A stretch of DNA of 64,000 nucleotides from Dehalococcoidia bacterium (GCA_965219025.1 OZ244716.1:221175-285174), one strand, 5' to 3'; counted from the first letter of the stretch, positions 36,754 through 46,418 are shown. Notes: generated by a model not told the origin, from the letters alone. Translations and numbers: made by a program.

Positions 36754-37371
36754 CTAGGCCGGTCTAATCCGCTTTGCCATGAAGATGTCCGGCTTGCCGA
36801 AGCCGTTGGCGTCCGGCAGCACTCCTACGATCGTGAAGCCGACCTTGCGATAGAACTCGTAGGGGTGGGCGTTGAGGTTGCGGATGCGCGCCAGGTGGCC
36901 AAGAACGTCATCGTACAGCTCGATGCCGCCCAGCGTCGTCTGGTTGTCCTCGTCTTCGGTGCCCAGCCAGATCGTGACGCCGCCTCGCTCCCGCACCCTG
37001 GCCTCGATGTCGGTGACCAGCCTGCGGCCAAGGCCCAGCCTCTGACGCTCCGGCCTCACCACCAGCGGATGCAGCTCCCATGCGAATCCATCGTACGCAC
37101 GGATCGCGCCCACCCAGCCAATGACCGTTCCGTCTCCGTCCACGGCTATACGGCTTATGCGACCCTCCGCAAAGAACTCCTCCACCTCAGTCCTGGCCGA
37201 CGCCATATCCGGCCATGCCGCCGGATGGTGCTCCATGAACACCTCGTACAGCAGCGTGGCGCACTGCTCGACGGCGGAGGCGTTGTCCGGCAGCAGGTCC
37301 ACGATGGGCAGTTCTGGCTCGTTCAACTCCACCTCCGACCTAAAGAAATCTACGCCGCCTGCGAATCTCAA
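36754..37371 (-). CDS. GNAT-family N-acetyltransferase
   Basis: LHPLVVRPERQRLGLGRRLVTDIE is the acetyl-CoA-binding motif A (Q/RxxGxG/A). Confidence 0.8.
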   Translation of the reverse strand: MRFAGGVDFFRSEVELNEPELPIVDLLPDNASAVEQCATLLYEVFMEHHPAAWPDMASARTEVEEFFAEGRISRIAVDGDGTVIGWVGAIRAYDGFAWELHPLVVRPERQRLGLGRRLVTDIEARVRERGGVTIWLGTEDEDNQTTLGGIELYDDVLGHLARIRNLNAHPYEFYRKVGFTIVGVLPDANGFGKPDIFMAKRIRPA

Positions 37372-37468
37372 CCTTACCAGAATCGATTGTCATGAAACCC
37401 CCTGTCAAGTATGATCCGACCATTCCTCCCTGCGAGAAGCGTGACCGGCAACAGGTTGATGGGGTAGC

Positions 37469-38038
37469 CTATCTATAGTCGGCCACCTTCTCACGTAGCC
37501 TGTGGAGCGGTATGGCGTCACCTGTTTCTATTAAGGTGGCAATGCCTCCTTCCACGCTCCACATTCCCCTGGAATAGCCTTGTACCACGTAGTGCCCCTC
37601 CCGCTCAATCAGGAACAGGACATACTTCTGGCCGACCTCAAATACCATGCGTTCCAGGTGTTCGTCTCCGCTGTACCCGACTCCGCCACTAGTAGGTTTT
37701 CTCGCCTTGATGACGAGGCTAGAAGGTGCATGTCCCTTGTAGGTATCCAGAACGCTCAGGTTCATTGTCTCGAGCAAGCGGACGGGCCAGGGCGTGACTT
37801 CGTCACTCTTCGCCGTGATCTCGCCCAAGACCACAGTGTCCGAATACCTGGCTACGTTATGGAAGGACGGCCGAGTCATAGGCAACTCGGCAGCTATCCG
37901 GCCTGTGTATCCCGCGTCTGTGGTGCGTGGAAGCTGATCCCAATCGTAGCGAAAAATGTTGAACACCACGAGTAGGCCCGTGGTCAGGAGAATCAGAAAG
38001 CCAAACAATAGCAGAGCTGCGTTCACCAATCGTCCCAT
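37469..38038 (-). CDS. membrane-anchored hypothetical protein (189 aa)
   Basis: N-terminal TM anchor AALLLFGFLILLTTGLLVVF. Lower GC than neighbours. No recognised family. Confidence 0.5.
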   Translation of the reverse strand: MGRLVNAALLLFGFLILLTTGLLVVFNIFRYDWDQLPRTTDAGYTGRIAAELPMTRPSFHNVARYSDTVVLGEITAKSDEVTPWPVRLLETMNLSVLDTYKGHAPSSLVIKARKPTSGGVGYSGDEHLERMVFEVGQKYVLFLIEREGHYVVQGYSRGMWSVEGGIATLIETGDAIPLHRLREKVADYR

Positions 38039-38184
38039 GCAAATTGCTCGTCAAGTGTACAGAGTGTTTGGATATGGTACAACAACTAGTGGGTGAATGA
38101 ACCTCCGGGAACTCCGCACAGGTCCCGGAGGCCTGACTGAATGGAGGTGAGCGCCGTGAGACCCAAACCTCTTCCTCCGGACCG

Positions 38185-38988
38185 TCAGCCCGCGTCCCGG
38201 ATGGCCCTCTCGACCGCATCGTTGAGGCAGAGACCATCAATCGAATTGCCCGCGCCGTCCACCACTTGCCTCTCCACTACGCGCACCCGGCCACTGGCAA
38301 ACGCCTTCAGCGTTTCGAGCACCAGCGGACGCTCCCGCTTAACGCCCTCCTCACGGATGAGGCGGAACAGCGGCTGCTCCTCGCCCTCGGAGGCCCGCAG
38401 CTCCTCGACACTGCGACCATCGATCTGCCGCCACAGGTCGTCAAACTCTCCGTCTCGTATGCGAAATGAGCAGTATGTCAGTACCGGTCCCCTGTCCAAG
38501 TCCTCGGTCGCAAGATGCATGTGCGACCCTGCCTCCTTTGCGCCCTCCGCGATGAGGCTCCATATCACTTCCTGCCACGTGCCCACGGGGCCGCCAGGCA
38601 GCGCCGGATGCAGGTTGAGCATGGTGTAACGGTTGCACAGCTCCCCGGCCGTGATGAGCATGTAGCCGGCCAGCACGCACACGTCGGGTCGGTACCGCTC
38701 CAGGAGGCGCATGACCTTTCTGTCGAACTGCTTGCGATGCCGCGAGAAGGGGCCTCCGCCCTGTTCCCTGCGGAATCGCTGAGAGGACAGCGTGACCAGG
38801 GGCGTGACGTATTCCTCCACCTGGCGGAAGAAGCGGTCGCTGCCCTCGGCCTCTCCCGGTTCGCGGTTGCTGAAGACGAACTCCATCCGGGCCGAAAGCT
38901 CCCCGCTCGCGATTGCGTCCTGCATGGTCCGGAGCAGCCCCAGTGAGCCCTCACCTCGCCCAGTCGAAAACCAACCCAGCTTCAGCAT
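38185..38988 (-). CDS. formyltransferase-family protein (PurN-like N-terminal domain with C-terminal extension)
   Basis: LGWFSTGRGEGS...PDVCVLAGYMLI...MLNLHPALPGGPVG...HLATEDLDRGPV matches the formyl_trans_N catalytic N-H-D pattern. Confidence 0.75.
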   Translation of the reverse strand: MLKLGWFSTGRGEGSLGLLRTMQDAIASGELSARMEFVFSNREPGEAEGSDRFFRQVEEYVTPLVTLSSQRFRREQGGGPFSRHRKQFDRKVMRLLERYRPDVCVLAGYMLITAGELCNRYTMLNLHPALPGGPVGTWQEVIWSLIAEGAKEAGSHMHLATEDLDRGPVLTYCSFRIRDGEFDDLWRQIDGRSVEELRASEGEEQPLFRLIREEGVKRERPLVLETLKAFASGRVRVVERQVVDGAGNSIDGLCLNDAVERAIRDAG

Positions 38989-39001
38989 CGCTTGCGTCGC
39001 C

Positions 39002-39667
39002 TCATGCGCGCTGCATCAGGCCCGCGAGCCTCTTGCGCGTCTTGGTTAACGTTGTTGCGAAGTGAATGAGGGGCAGCATCTGCCGCCTCGTCTGTGCTCC
39101 GCGGGCAAGCCCTTCCAGCAGACCCGCAGGCGTCATGTCGAAGGCGGGCACGTCCACGTAGCATCGGCCCACCTCCACGGGCGTGTGGGAGTCGGTCACG
39201 GACGAGGTCAGGACGCCGTGCTCCCGCGCGAGCGATTCGGCCGCCCGGTTGTCCCTCTGAAGCGTGTTTCGGGCGTTGAACGCCTCGATGATGTCCACGT
39301 GCGGGAGGATCTCGAGAAGCGCTTCCCGCTCGATGACGGACCGGCGGAAGTGGTCGAAGGGATGCGGCACCGAGACCAGTCCGCCTTGCTCCTTGATGAG
39401 CCGCACAGTCTCCAGGGGCGGCAAACCGCGCGGTATCTCCTCGTGCAGGAACAGCCCGATGATCTCGCCGCCCGCGCTCTTGATCTCCTCTCCGACGATG
39501 ACCGGGAACTGGGCCAGCCGCTTAAGCTCCAGCGCCCCCTCGATTGTGTTGTGGTCGGTTAGCGCAATGCAGTCCAGGCCGGTCTCCACGCACCGCCGCG
39601 CCAGTGTCTCCAGTCCCATGAACGAGTCGGGCGAGAAGCGGCTGTGGACGTGGAGGTCAATCCTCAA
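39002..39667 (-). CDS. PHP-domain metal-dependent phosphoesterase
   Basis: MRIDLHVHSRFSPDS...ALTDHNTIEGA...SVPHPFD...DSHTP are PHP His/Asp motifs. Confidence 0.85.
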   Translation of the reverse strand: MRIDLHVHSRFSPDSFMGLETLARRCVETGLDCIALTDHNTIEGALELKRLAQFPVIVGEEIKSAGGEIIGLFLHEEIPRGLPPLETVRLIKEQGGLVSVPHPFDHFRRSVIEREALLEILPHVDIIEAFNARNTLQRDNRAAESLAREHGVLTSSVTDSHTPVEVGRCYVDVPAFDMTPAGLLEGLARGAQTRRQMLPLIHFATTLTKTRKRLAGLMQRA

Positions 39668-39929
39668 TGCTCTCCTCCTGAGCGTCGGCCAGCAAACGCA
39701 TCTGCTCGCCGTATGCCGTCTGCAGTCTCGTGATACGGAGTTCAGCCGACGTCAGCAGCTCGTTGCAGATGCGCGCCAGGTGCATTCCCTCCTCGAAGAG
39801 GCGCGTGGCGTCCGAAAGGGAGAGGCCTCCCTCTTCCAACCTGCGTACCGTCTCTTCCAGGCGATTGTACGCTTCCTCGAAGGATTGCGCCTCGCCAGGC
39901 TTGTCATTGCTCATTAGTCTGCCTCTCAA
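39657..39929 (-). CDS. xseB: exodeoxyribonuclease VII small subunit
   Basis: SFEEAYNRLEETVRRLEEGGLSLSDATRLFEEGMHLARICNELL is a typical XseB sequence. Confidence 0.9.
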   Translation of the reverse strand: MRGRLMSNDKPGEAQSFEEAYNRLEETVRRLEEGGLSLSDATRLFEEGMHLARICNELLTSAELRITRLQTAYGEQMRLLADAQEESIED

Positions 39930-39949
39930 CTCCCGTGCAGTACGTAGAA

Positions 39950-41140
39950 CTATCCGCGCCCGTCGGCGAGCGTCTTCGCAGCGAACTGGCCGTCTCTCAC
40001 TCTGACCTGCACGTCGTCGCCTGCGGCTACCTGAGCGACGGACGTGACCGTTTCGCCGGTGTCCTGCCGCTGCACCATTGCGTAGCCCCGAGAGAGCACG
40101 TTGGCAGGGCTGAGTGTGCCAAGTCGGAACTCCAGCCCCCTGACGCGTTCGCCGCGCACGGCCAGATAGGCCTGCAGCGACCGGCTTGACGCGACTGACA
40201 GGTCATCGAGGCGCTGCCGCCAGGTGGTCGCGTCCGGGGCACCGCGGTTCAGTCGCCAAACCGACTGCTCCATATCGCGCACGCGCGTCTCCATGACGTC
40301 GCCCAGCCTCTGCGACAGCACGTTCACGTTGGCCTGAACTCGAACGACCAGCTCGCGCCGGTCCGGCACCGCCATCTCCGCGGCGGCCGACGGCGTGGGC
40401 GCTCTCGCGTCCGCCACCAGGTCCGCGACGGTGTAGTCCGTCTCGTGGCCCACGGCGCTTATGACCGGCGCACGGCTGGCGTAGATGGCGCGGGCTACCA
40501 CCTCCTCGTTGAAGGGCCACAGCTCCTCCAGAGAACCGCCTCCCCTTGCAACGATGACCACGTCAACGTCGTCCTCGCGGTCCACGGCCTCCAGCGCCTC
40601 CGCGATAGCTGCGGCGGCTCCTTCGCCCTGCACCGGAGAAGGCGCGAGCGCCAGCTCCGCCAGCGGATACCTGCGGCCGACTACGTTCTGGATGTCGTGC
40701 CAGACGGAACCGAACGGCGATGTTACCACGGCGATCCTGCGCGGGAACGGAGGCATAGGCCTCTTGCGGGACGGGTGGAACAGCCCCTCCGCCTCAAGCC
40801 TGGCTTTGAGCCGCTCCAGCTCCAGGTGACGCTCGCCCACGCCCTCCGGCTGCACCATGTCCACGTACAGCTGCAGGTCGCCGCGTACCTCGTACAGGGA
40901 GACGCGGCCATGGGTTATGACTGCGCCGCCGTCGCTGAGGTTCTCGCCGCCGGTGGCGGGACGGAACATGACGCACTTGAGCTGGCCTGTGCCGTCCTTG
41001 AGCGTGAAGTAGTAGTGGCCCGCCGCCGAGTTGAACAGGTTGGAAACCTCGCCGCGCACCCACATGTCACTCAGGACTCCATCCGCCTCGAGCGACTCCT
41101 TGAGGTAACGCGTGACCTGGCCTACGGAGTAGACCGGCAA
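39950..41140 (-). CDS. xseA: exodeoxyribonuclease VII large subunit
   Basis: YSVGQVTRYLKESLE...VRGEVSN....GHYYFTLKD (OB fold)...IAVVTSPFGSVWHDI...IVARGGGSLEELWPFNEE...PVISAVGHETDYT. Confidence 0.95.
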   Translation of the reverse strand: MPVYSVGQVTRYLKESLEADGVLSDMWVRGEVSNLFNSAAGHYYFTLKDGTGQLKCVMFRPATGGENLSDGGAVITHGRVSLYEVRGDLQLYVDMVQPEGVGERHLELERLKARLEAEGLFHPSRKRPMPPFPRRIAVVTSPFGSVWHDIQNVVGRRYPLAELALAPSPVQGEGAAAAIAEALEAVDREDDVDVVIVARGGGSLEELWPFNEEVVARAIYASRAPVISAVGHETDYTVADLVADARAPTPSAAAEMAVPDRRELVVRVQANVNVLSQRLGDVMETRVRDMEQSVWRLNRGAPDATTWRQRLDDLSVASSRSLQAYLAVRGERVRGLEFRLGTLSPANVLSRGYAMVQRQDTGETVTSVAQVAAGDDVQVRVRDGQFAAKTLADGRG

Positions 41141-41143
41141 GGC

Positions 41144-41707
41144 CTAGCCCACCCTTTCCAGGTACTCCCCGCTCCGCGTGTCCACTCGCACGGTCTCGCC
41201 AACGTTCACGAAGAACGGCACGTTGACCGTGAGGCCGGTCTCCAGCGTGGCCGGCTTGGTGCTCCCCTGGGCAGTGTTGCCCCTGAGCGACGGCGGCGTG
41301 TTGGCCACCTGCAGCTCCACATACGTGGGAAGCTCCAGCGAAATGGGTTCGTCGCGATAGAAGACGAGGTCCATCACGTCCTGTTCCTTCATGTACTGGA
41401 GGGCATTCCCCACCACGCCGTTCGTGAGAGGGTACTGGTCGAAGGTGGACATGTCCATGAAGTGGTAGAGGTCGCCGTCGCTGTAGAGGTACTGCGCCTG
41501 GCGAGTGTCCACCTCCGCAAGGGTGAGCTTCTGGTTGCCGGGCACGTTGCGCTCCATGGCGCGGCCGCTCCTGAGGTTCTTCAGCTTGAGAGTGAGAACC
41601 GGGGCCCGCTGCTGCATCTTCGTGTGCTTCCAGTCCGTGACCTGCCAGGGTTCGTCGTCCAGCACAATCACCGTGCCCCGCCTCAGATCGCTGTAGCTAA
41701 TCGTCAT
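41144..41707 (-). CDS. efp: elongation factor P
   Basis: DLRRGTVIVLDDEPWQV...KMQQRAPVLTLKLKNLRSGR...GNTAQGSTKPATLETG. Confidence 0.96.
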   Translation of the reverse strand: MTISYSDLRRGTVIVLDDEPWQVTDWKHTKMQQRAPVLTLKLKNLRSGRAMERNVPGNQKLTLAEVDTRQAQYLYSDGDLYHFMDMSTFDQYPLTNGVVGNALQYMKEQDVMDLVFYRDEPISLELPTYVELQVANTPPSLRGNTAQGSTKPATLETGLTVNVPFFVNVGETVRVDTRSGEYLERVG

Positions 41708-41722
41708 CTAAACGCTCCAGAC

Positions 41723-42799
41723 CTAGTCTATCTTGGGCGCATGGCTGATCACGCGCGCCCTGCCCTGCTCCAGGACCACCACGTCCTCTATACGAACGCC
41801 GCCCCAGCCGGAGATGTAGATCCCCGGTTCGATTGTGAAGGGCATCCCGTCCTCCAGCACCACCGGCGAGTTCGGCCCGACACCGGGCCGCTCGTGGATT
41901 TCGAGGCCCACGCCGTGCCCCAGGCTGTGCCCGAACTTCTCGCCGTAGCCCGCTTCCTCGATGACCGCACGCGCAAGCCCATCCGCCTCGCCCGCCGTCA
42001 TGCCGCTGCGCACGCCCTCAATGGCGGTCTGCTGTGCCCTTAGCACCGTGGTGTACACCTCGCGGAAGGTGTCGTCCTCGCGGCCGAGGCTCAGGGTCCG
42101 GCTGAGGTCGCTGCAGTAGCCCTGGTAGCGCGCGCCCATGTCGATTATGAGCGGCTGCCCGTCGCGGAGGGGCGTGTCGTCGGCGCGATGGTGCGGCAGC
42201 GCGGCGTTGGGGCCGGCCGCAACAATGGTATCGAACGACACGGAGTCGGCGCCCAGCTCCCGCATGGTCCGCTCCAGCATCCATGCCACCTCGCGCTCCG
42301 TCTGCCCGTCCTTCAGCGTCCGCGATACCTCCTCGAATGCCTTGTCCGAGATGTCGATGGCTCGTTGTAGCAACGCCATCTCCGCCTCGTCCTTGACGGA
42401 GCGCAACTCCTCGACCAGCCCGGCCGTGGGCACCAGGCTTGCACCGTCGCCGTTGCCGGCCTCGGCCAGATTCTTGGAGAGCCTCTCGTGCGTGGCCACC
42501 GTCATGTGCTGGCTTTCGAAGCCAAGGCGACGCACTCCAAGCTCGTTCAGGAGGTTGGTGAGCCAGTCCGAGCCGCCTCCGGCGACGCGGAGCACTCGGA
42601 ATTCGGGGGCCTGCTGACCGGCCTGCTCAATGTAGCGAAAGTCGGTTGCGAGCACGGCGGCGGCGGCGGTGATGATGAGGTTGCCCGCCGTGCCACTGAA
42701 GCCGGACACGTATCTTCTGTTCTCGTCCGAACCGATCAGTATGCCGTCGATCTCGTTGCTCTCGAAACGAGCCCTGATTGCGTCAAGTCGCGAAGTCAT
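41723..42799 (-). CDS. pepP: Xaa-Pro aminopeptidase (M24B family)
   Basis: Creatinase-like N-domain, then the pita-bread metal ligands (DMGARYQGYCSD, HSLGHGVGLEIHE, TIEPGIY). The ATG at 42799 overlaps the aroQ stop (ATGA). The track start at 42919 lies inside aroQ. Confidence 0.92.
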   Translation of the reverse strand: MTSRLDAIRARFESNEIDGILIGSDENRRYVSGFSGTAGNLIITAAAAVLATDFRYIEQAGQQAPEFRVLRVAGGGSDWLTNLLNELGVRRLGFESQHMTVATHERLSKNLAEAGNGDGASLVPTAGLVEELRSVKDEAEMALLQRAIDISDKAFEEVSRTLKDGQTEREVAWMLERTMRELGADSVSFDTIVAAGPNAALPHHRADDTPLRDGQPLIIDMGARYQGYCSDLSRTLSLGREDDTFREVYTTVLRAQQTAIEGVRSGMTAGEADGLARAVIEEAGYGEKFGHSLGHGVGLEIHERPGVGPNSPVVLEDGMPFTIEPGIYISGWGGVRIEDVVVLEQGRARVISHAPKID

Positions 42800-43242
42800 T
42801 CCACTGCCCTTTCGTTGAAGCTGGCGGCCAGGAAATCGAGAGCGGCCAGGTAGCCGCGCCATCCCAGTCCGCTTATCTGGCCCACAGCTATCGGGCCCAC
42901 AACGGAGCGATGCCTCCACCGCTCCCTCGCGTATATGTTGGAGATGTGCACCTCAACCACGGGCAGCCCCGTGTCCACCAGGGCCTCCCGCAGGGACAGG
43001 CCGTAGTGCGTGAGCGCCCCGGGGTTGATGACGATGCCATTCACCGAAGCGTAGCGCGCCTGAAGGACGTCGATGATGGCGCCTTCGCTGTTGGACTGGA
43101 AGAACTCGACCTCCGCTCCCAGCTCCTCGGCGCGATGGCGCACCATCTCCTCGATGTCGGACAGGGTCATGGTTCCGTAGACATCCCGGTCCCTGTGTCC
43201 GAGCATGTTGAGGTTGGGTCCGTTTATGACCAGAAGTCTCAT
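42796..43242 (-). CDS. aroQ: type II 3-dehydroquinate dehydratase
   Basis: MRLLVINGPNLNMLGHRDRDVYG...INPGALTHY...VEVHISNIYARE. Confidence 0.96.
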   Translation of the reverse strand: MRLLVINGPNLNMLGHRDRDVYGTMTLSDIEEMVRHRAEELGAEVEFFQSNSEGAIIDVLQARYASVNGIVINPGALTHYGLSLREALVDTGLPVVEVHISNIYARERWRHRSVVGPIAVGQISGLGWRGYLAALDFLAASFNERAVE

Positions 43243-43382
43243 GTTGGGGTTGCCCTTTCGCCCGGCCCGGCGGGATGAGCTTGATGCCCGCCGCAGCCTG
43301 CCCGCCTATATTACCAGAAGTTGCCGCTGAATCTCCATAGCAGAACCAGGCAACCTTTCGCGAGAGCGACGACAGCTGAAAT

Positions 43383-43505
43383 CCGTCCGCTCACGCCCTT
43401 CGACGGGCTCAGGGTGAGCGGACGGTAGCTACGTGATCTCCCGACCGCTCATAGCCTGCCCCGTACCTGATACGGGGGTGAGCAAGTCGAACCAATTGAG
43501 CGGGC
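43383..43505. repeat. REP-like intergenic repeats, family B (two units)
   Basis: Perfect 12-bp stem CCGTCCGCTCAC...GTGAGCGGACGG at 43383-43425. A second unit at 43444-43505 contains the ccccgtacctgatacgggg hairpin and is related to 25801-25860 and 57494-57599. Confidence 0.6.
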
Positions 43506-43578
43506 TGGGAGTAGAGGCCGCCCCCGCCCGCCTCAGCTATGGTAGAATAGCGTTGTATCGCCGCTTCGAGAGGGAATA

Positions 43579-43896
43579 ATGGTAGACGCCAACAAATCCG
43601 CGCCATCTAACCGCCCGCGGCCTGGCGGGCCTCCAAGCCGCCCGAACGAGGAAACCGCCCGCTTGGGCGACGAGATATACGAAAGCCACATCCGCCGGCA
43701 GGTGGAGGCCGACCACCGCGGAAAGGTGGTAGCTATAGACGTGGAAACGGGGAACTGGGCCATCGGCGAGGACGAGATTGCAGCGACGGACCGGCTCGTG
43801 ACCCAGTGCCCGGACGGGCATGACATCTGGTGCCTGAGGGTCGGCTATCGGTCCTTGTACAGCTTTGGGGGCGGGTTTCTGCGGAGTGCCGTTTGA
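43579..43896 (+). CDS. hypothetical protein (105 aa), upstream partner of a retropepsin-like protease
   Basis: ATG ORF with a Pro/Arg-rich N-terminus. Its stop overlaps the TTG start of the next gene (TTGA). Confidence 0.55.
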   Translation: MVDANKSAPSNRPRPGGPPSRPNEETARLGDEIYESHIRRQVEADHRGKVVAIDVETGNWAIGEDEIAATDRLVTQCPDGHDIWCLRVGYRSLYSFGGGFLRSAV

Positions 43897-44261
43897 TTGA
43901 GGGCGTGGTGAACTCCGCGTACGAAGCCGTCATATCACTTAACCTGCACGGTTCGGCGGGACGAACAAGGGAAGTTGAAGCTGCGATTGACACCGGGTAC
44001 AACGGCTTCCTGACTCTGCCTCACGCATTGGTGGCGAAACTGGGCCTGGCGCATCGCGGTAGAGGCCGCGCTACTCTCGCCGACGGCGGCGAGGCCCTTT
44101 TGGACGTCCACGAGGTTGCCATCCTCTGGGATGGTGTTCTGCGAAATGCCAGTGCCGCCGCCGACGCCATTCCACTCGTGGGAATGCGAATGCTTGATCA
44201 GCACAGCCTGTACGTCGAGGTCCGGGACGGCGGGCGCATAGTCATCCAATCCACGGAGTAG
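43893..44261 (+). CDS. retropepsin-like (clan AA) aspartic protease
   Basis: VEAAIDTGYNGFLTLP contains the D-T-G active-site motif in a ~120-aa protein, and LVGMRML is near the C-terminus. An in-frame TTG at 43893 gives the usual family length. Confidence 0.75.
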   Translation: MIEGVVNSAYEAVISLNLHGSAGRTREVEAAIDTGYNGFLTLPHALVAKLGLAHRGRGRATLADGGEALLDVHEVAILWDGVLRNASAAADAIPLVGMRMLDQHSLYVEVRDGGRIVIQSTE

Positions 44262-44307
44262 AGGCTACCGCCTTTCGACTACAAGCGCCGTCTTCTTACG
44301 ACCGTCG

Positions 44308-44331
44308 TTCCTCGGCTGCGCTCGGAATGAC
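44308..44331 (-). repeat. REP-like repeat, family A arm
   Basis: ttcctcggctgcgctcggaatgac; its reverse complement is gtcattccgagcgcagccgaggaa. Confidence 0.55.
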
Positions 44332-44360
44332 TGGAATCTGCGGCCGCTCCGGCCCGAACT

Positions 44361-45779
44361 CTACCCGTCCAAGCCCGCGTGGAAGCGGTGGTAGTCCACT
44401 ACCTTGCGCAGGGCCCGGGCCGCTCTGGACGGCGACGGGAAGGTCGGGATGCCAAGGTCGCGCAGGATGCCGTCCGTTTCCTCCATCGGGCCGCTCTCCG
44501 GGTATGGCACCGGCGTCCAGAACATAGCCATCATGGGCTTGCCGGACTTGTCCCGCGCCTCGCCGTACTGCTTCAGCTCGGATGCGATGTCCTCGGCACT
44601 CCTCCGACCGCGCTGTACGCTCCGCATCATGGCCACAACGTCCACGTTTGGGTCGCCTGTGAGGAGATCGAGGATGGTCTCCAGGTTGCTCCTGTTGATG
44701 CCTCCGATGTCCACCGGGTTGAAGTAGCTGGCGCCCACAAGCTGGAAGAACTCGGCCATGCTCTCAAGGGTGGGCTCCGATAGCGTCGGAACGTTTAGCC
44801 CGGCCCACGAGAACTCGTCGCTCATCGATACCGACTGCCCGCCGCTGCCGCCAATGATGCCAACACGGTCGCCGGTCACAGGCCCCATGTACGTGAGCAT
44901 CTTGGCAATGTCGATGACTTCCTGGAGCGAATCAGCGCGAATGGCGCCCGCCTGGCGAGCGCCCGCGTTCCATATCTCGATTGAGCCGGCCAGAGAGCCC
45001 GTGTGCGAGGCGGCGCTACGCCGACCAGCGTCGGTCTGTCCGCCCTTCCACAGCACAACCGGCTTCTTCGTCGCAACTTCGCGCAGCGCCCGGAAGAAGC
45101 GCTGGCCGTCCTTGGGCCCCTCGATGTAGGCGCAGATGACCTTGGTGGCCGGATCGTCGGCGAAGTACTGGAGCAGGTCCGGGCTGTCCAGCAGTATGGC
45201 GTTGCCGAAGCTGATGGTCATGTTGACCCCAACGCCACTGGCCTGCAGGCCCTGCGTCATGGCGGACGCGTGGGCGCCGCTCTGCGAGATGACGCTCACG
45301 CCGCCTGTGTAATCGACATTCTGACCTTCGCCGAACCGCATGCCGACGTGCGGATTGAACACGCCCATGCAGTTGGGCCCTATGACCAGTATGCCGGCCT
45401 CGCGTGCGGTCTCGGCTATCTGCTGCTGCATTTGCGCAGCCTCTTCATTGCCGGACTCAGCGAAGCCTGACGTGAACATGTGCATTGTCTTGACGCCCTT
45501 CTCCACGGCGTCCTTCAGCACGAATGGCACCGCGCGACGGGGCACGGCAACTACCACGTAGTCGACCGGCTCCGGGATCTCCACGAGGCTCTTGAAGTTG
45601 GGTATGCCCATCTCCTCGATGCCTACGATGTCGTCGGCGTTGATCTGCACGGAGTAGAGCGTGCCCTTGAAGTCGCTCATGTTGCGGAGCCAGACGTAGT
45701 TGTCGAATTTCCTGGCCCCGACCACGGCGACGACTTTCGGACTGAAGGCTGCGTCCAACTGCTCCTTGAGAACCGGCAT
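44361..45779 (-). CDS. CoA-binding acyl-CoA synthetase (ADP-forming) alpha-type protein
   Basis: VVAVVGARKFDNYVW (CoA-binding Rossmann fold)...GPNCMGV...ISQSGA...SAASHTGSLAGS (phosphohistidine loop). The ATG at 45779 is preceded by GGAGGTG. The 87 residues upstream in the track ORF look non-coding. Confidence 0.85.
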   Translation of the reverse strand: MPVLKEQLDAAFSPKVVAVVGARKFDNYVWLRNMSDFKGTLYSVQINADDIVGIEEMGIPNFKSLVEIPEPVDYVVVAVPRRAVPFVLKDAVEKGVKTMHMFTSGFAESGNEEAAQMQQQIAETAREAGILVIGPNCMGVFNPHVGMRFGEGQNVDYTGGVSVISQSGAHASAMTQGLQASGVGVNMTISFGNAILLDSPDLLQYFADDPATKVICAYIEGPKDGQRFFRALREVATKKPVVLWKGGQTDAGRRSAASHTGSLAGSIEIWNAGARQAGAIRADSLQEVIDIAKMLTYMGPVTGDRVGIIGGSGGQSVSMSDEFSWAGLNVPTLSEPTLESMAEFFQLVGASYFNPVDIGGINRSNLETILDLLTGDPNVDVVAMMRSVQRGRRSAEDIASELKQYGEARDKSGKPMMAMFWTPVPYPESGPMEETDGILRDLGIPTFPSPSRAARALRKVVDYHRFHAGLDG

Positions 45780-45837
45780 AGACACCTCCACATCTGCAAT
45801 GCGCGAACCGAAGATAGGCGCGTCCCGGAATGAGGAC

Positions 45838-45866
45838 AAGATACGCTTGCGCCGTAGTGCTGTCAA
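45838..45866 (-). promoter_or_regulatory. candidate promoter (TTGACA-17-TATCTT, minus strand) for the acyl-CoA synthetase gene
   Basis: Reverse complement of 45861-45866 is TTGACA, then a 17-nt spacer, and the reverse complement of 45838-45843 is TATCTT. Confidence 0.35.
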
Positions 45867-46418
45867 CGGGGAGCCGGGAGCGGCTTCAACCCAGCGCCAG
45901 GGGGCAAATCTCCCACCGCCCATGGTGTGCATGTCCAATCCACTTTCCCGCTCGATACCAATCGACCTGGTACTCATAGGCCGTCGGTTGCGAGCCGGAA
46001 TGACTGAGCGGCAAATCCCGAGGCTGACGTTCCATACCAACCTTCGAAGAAAGCTTGTCGTACACTGTGTGACTAGTGAGGGTAGCTTAGTGCGGAATTA
46101 CGAGTGCTGCATGGAGCTCAGTGCGCACACACTACACCCAAAGCTGATTCAGCCTAGTTCCCAAGAGAATGTCGTTTACAAATCGGATTGCAGCCGCCCA
46201 GCGCCAGCACTCAAGCCATCCAATTGGAGGGCAATCTCTTGTCCATAGGCCTATCCCTGAGGGGTTGGGCTTTAGGGGAACTATCGGTCTCTTAGTGCGT
46301 GAAGTTGCATTTGAGGTGACTAGGGGCGTACAATGAAATATCGGATGGACTGCACCGAGGTTCATCCAAAGTCGCCTAGACGGCTCCTTCAGGACGAGGG
46401 TAGGAGGCGAGAAGTCTA

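Noticed and set aside
40445-42043. 532-aa plus-strand ORF
   Set aside because: It is antisense to xseA, efp and pepP, all of which have unambiguous signatures. Shadow ORF.
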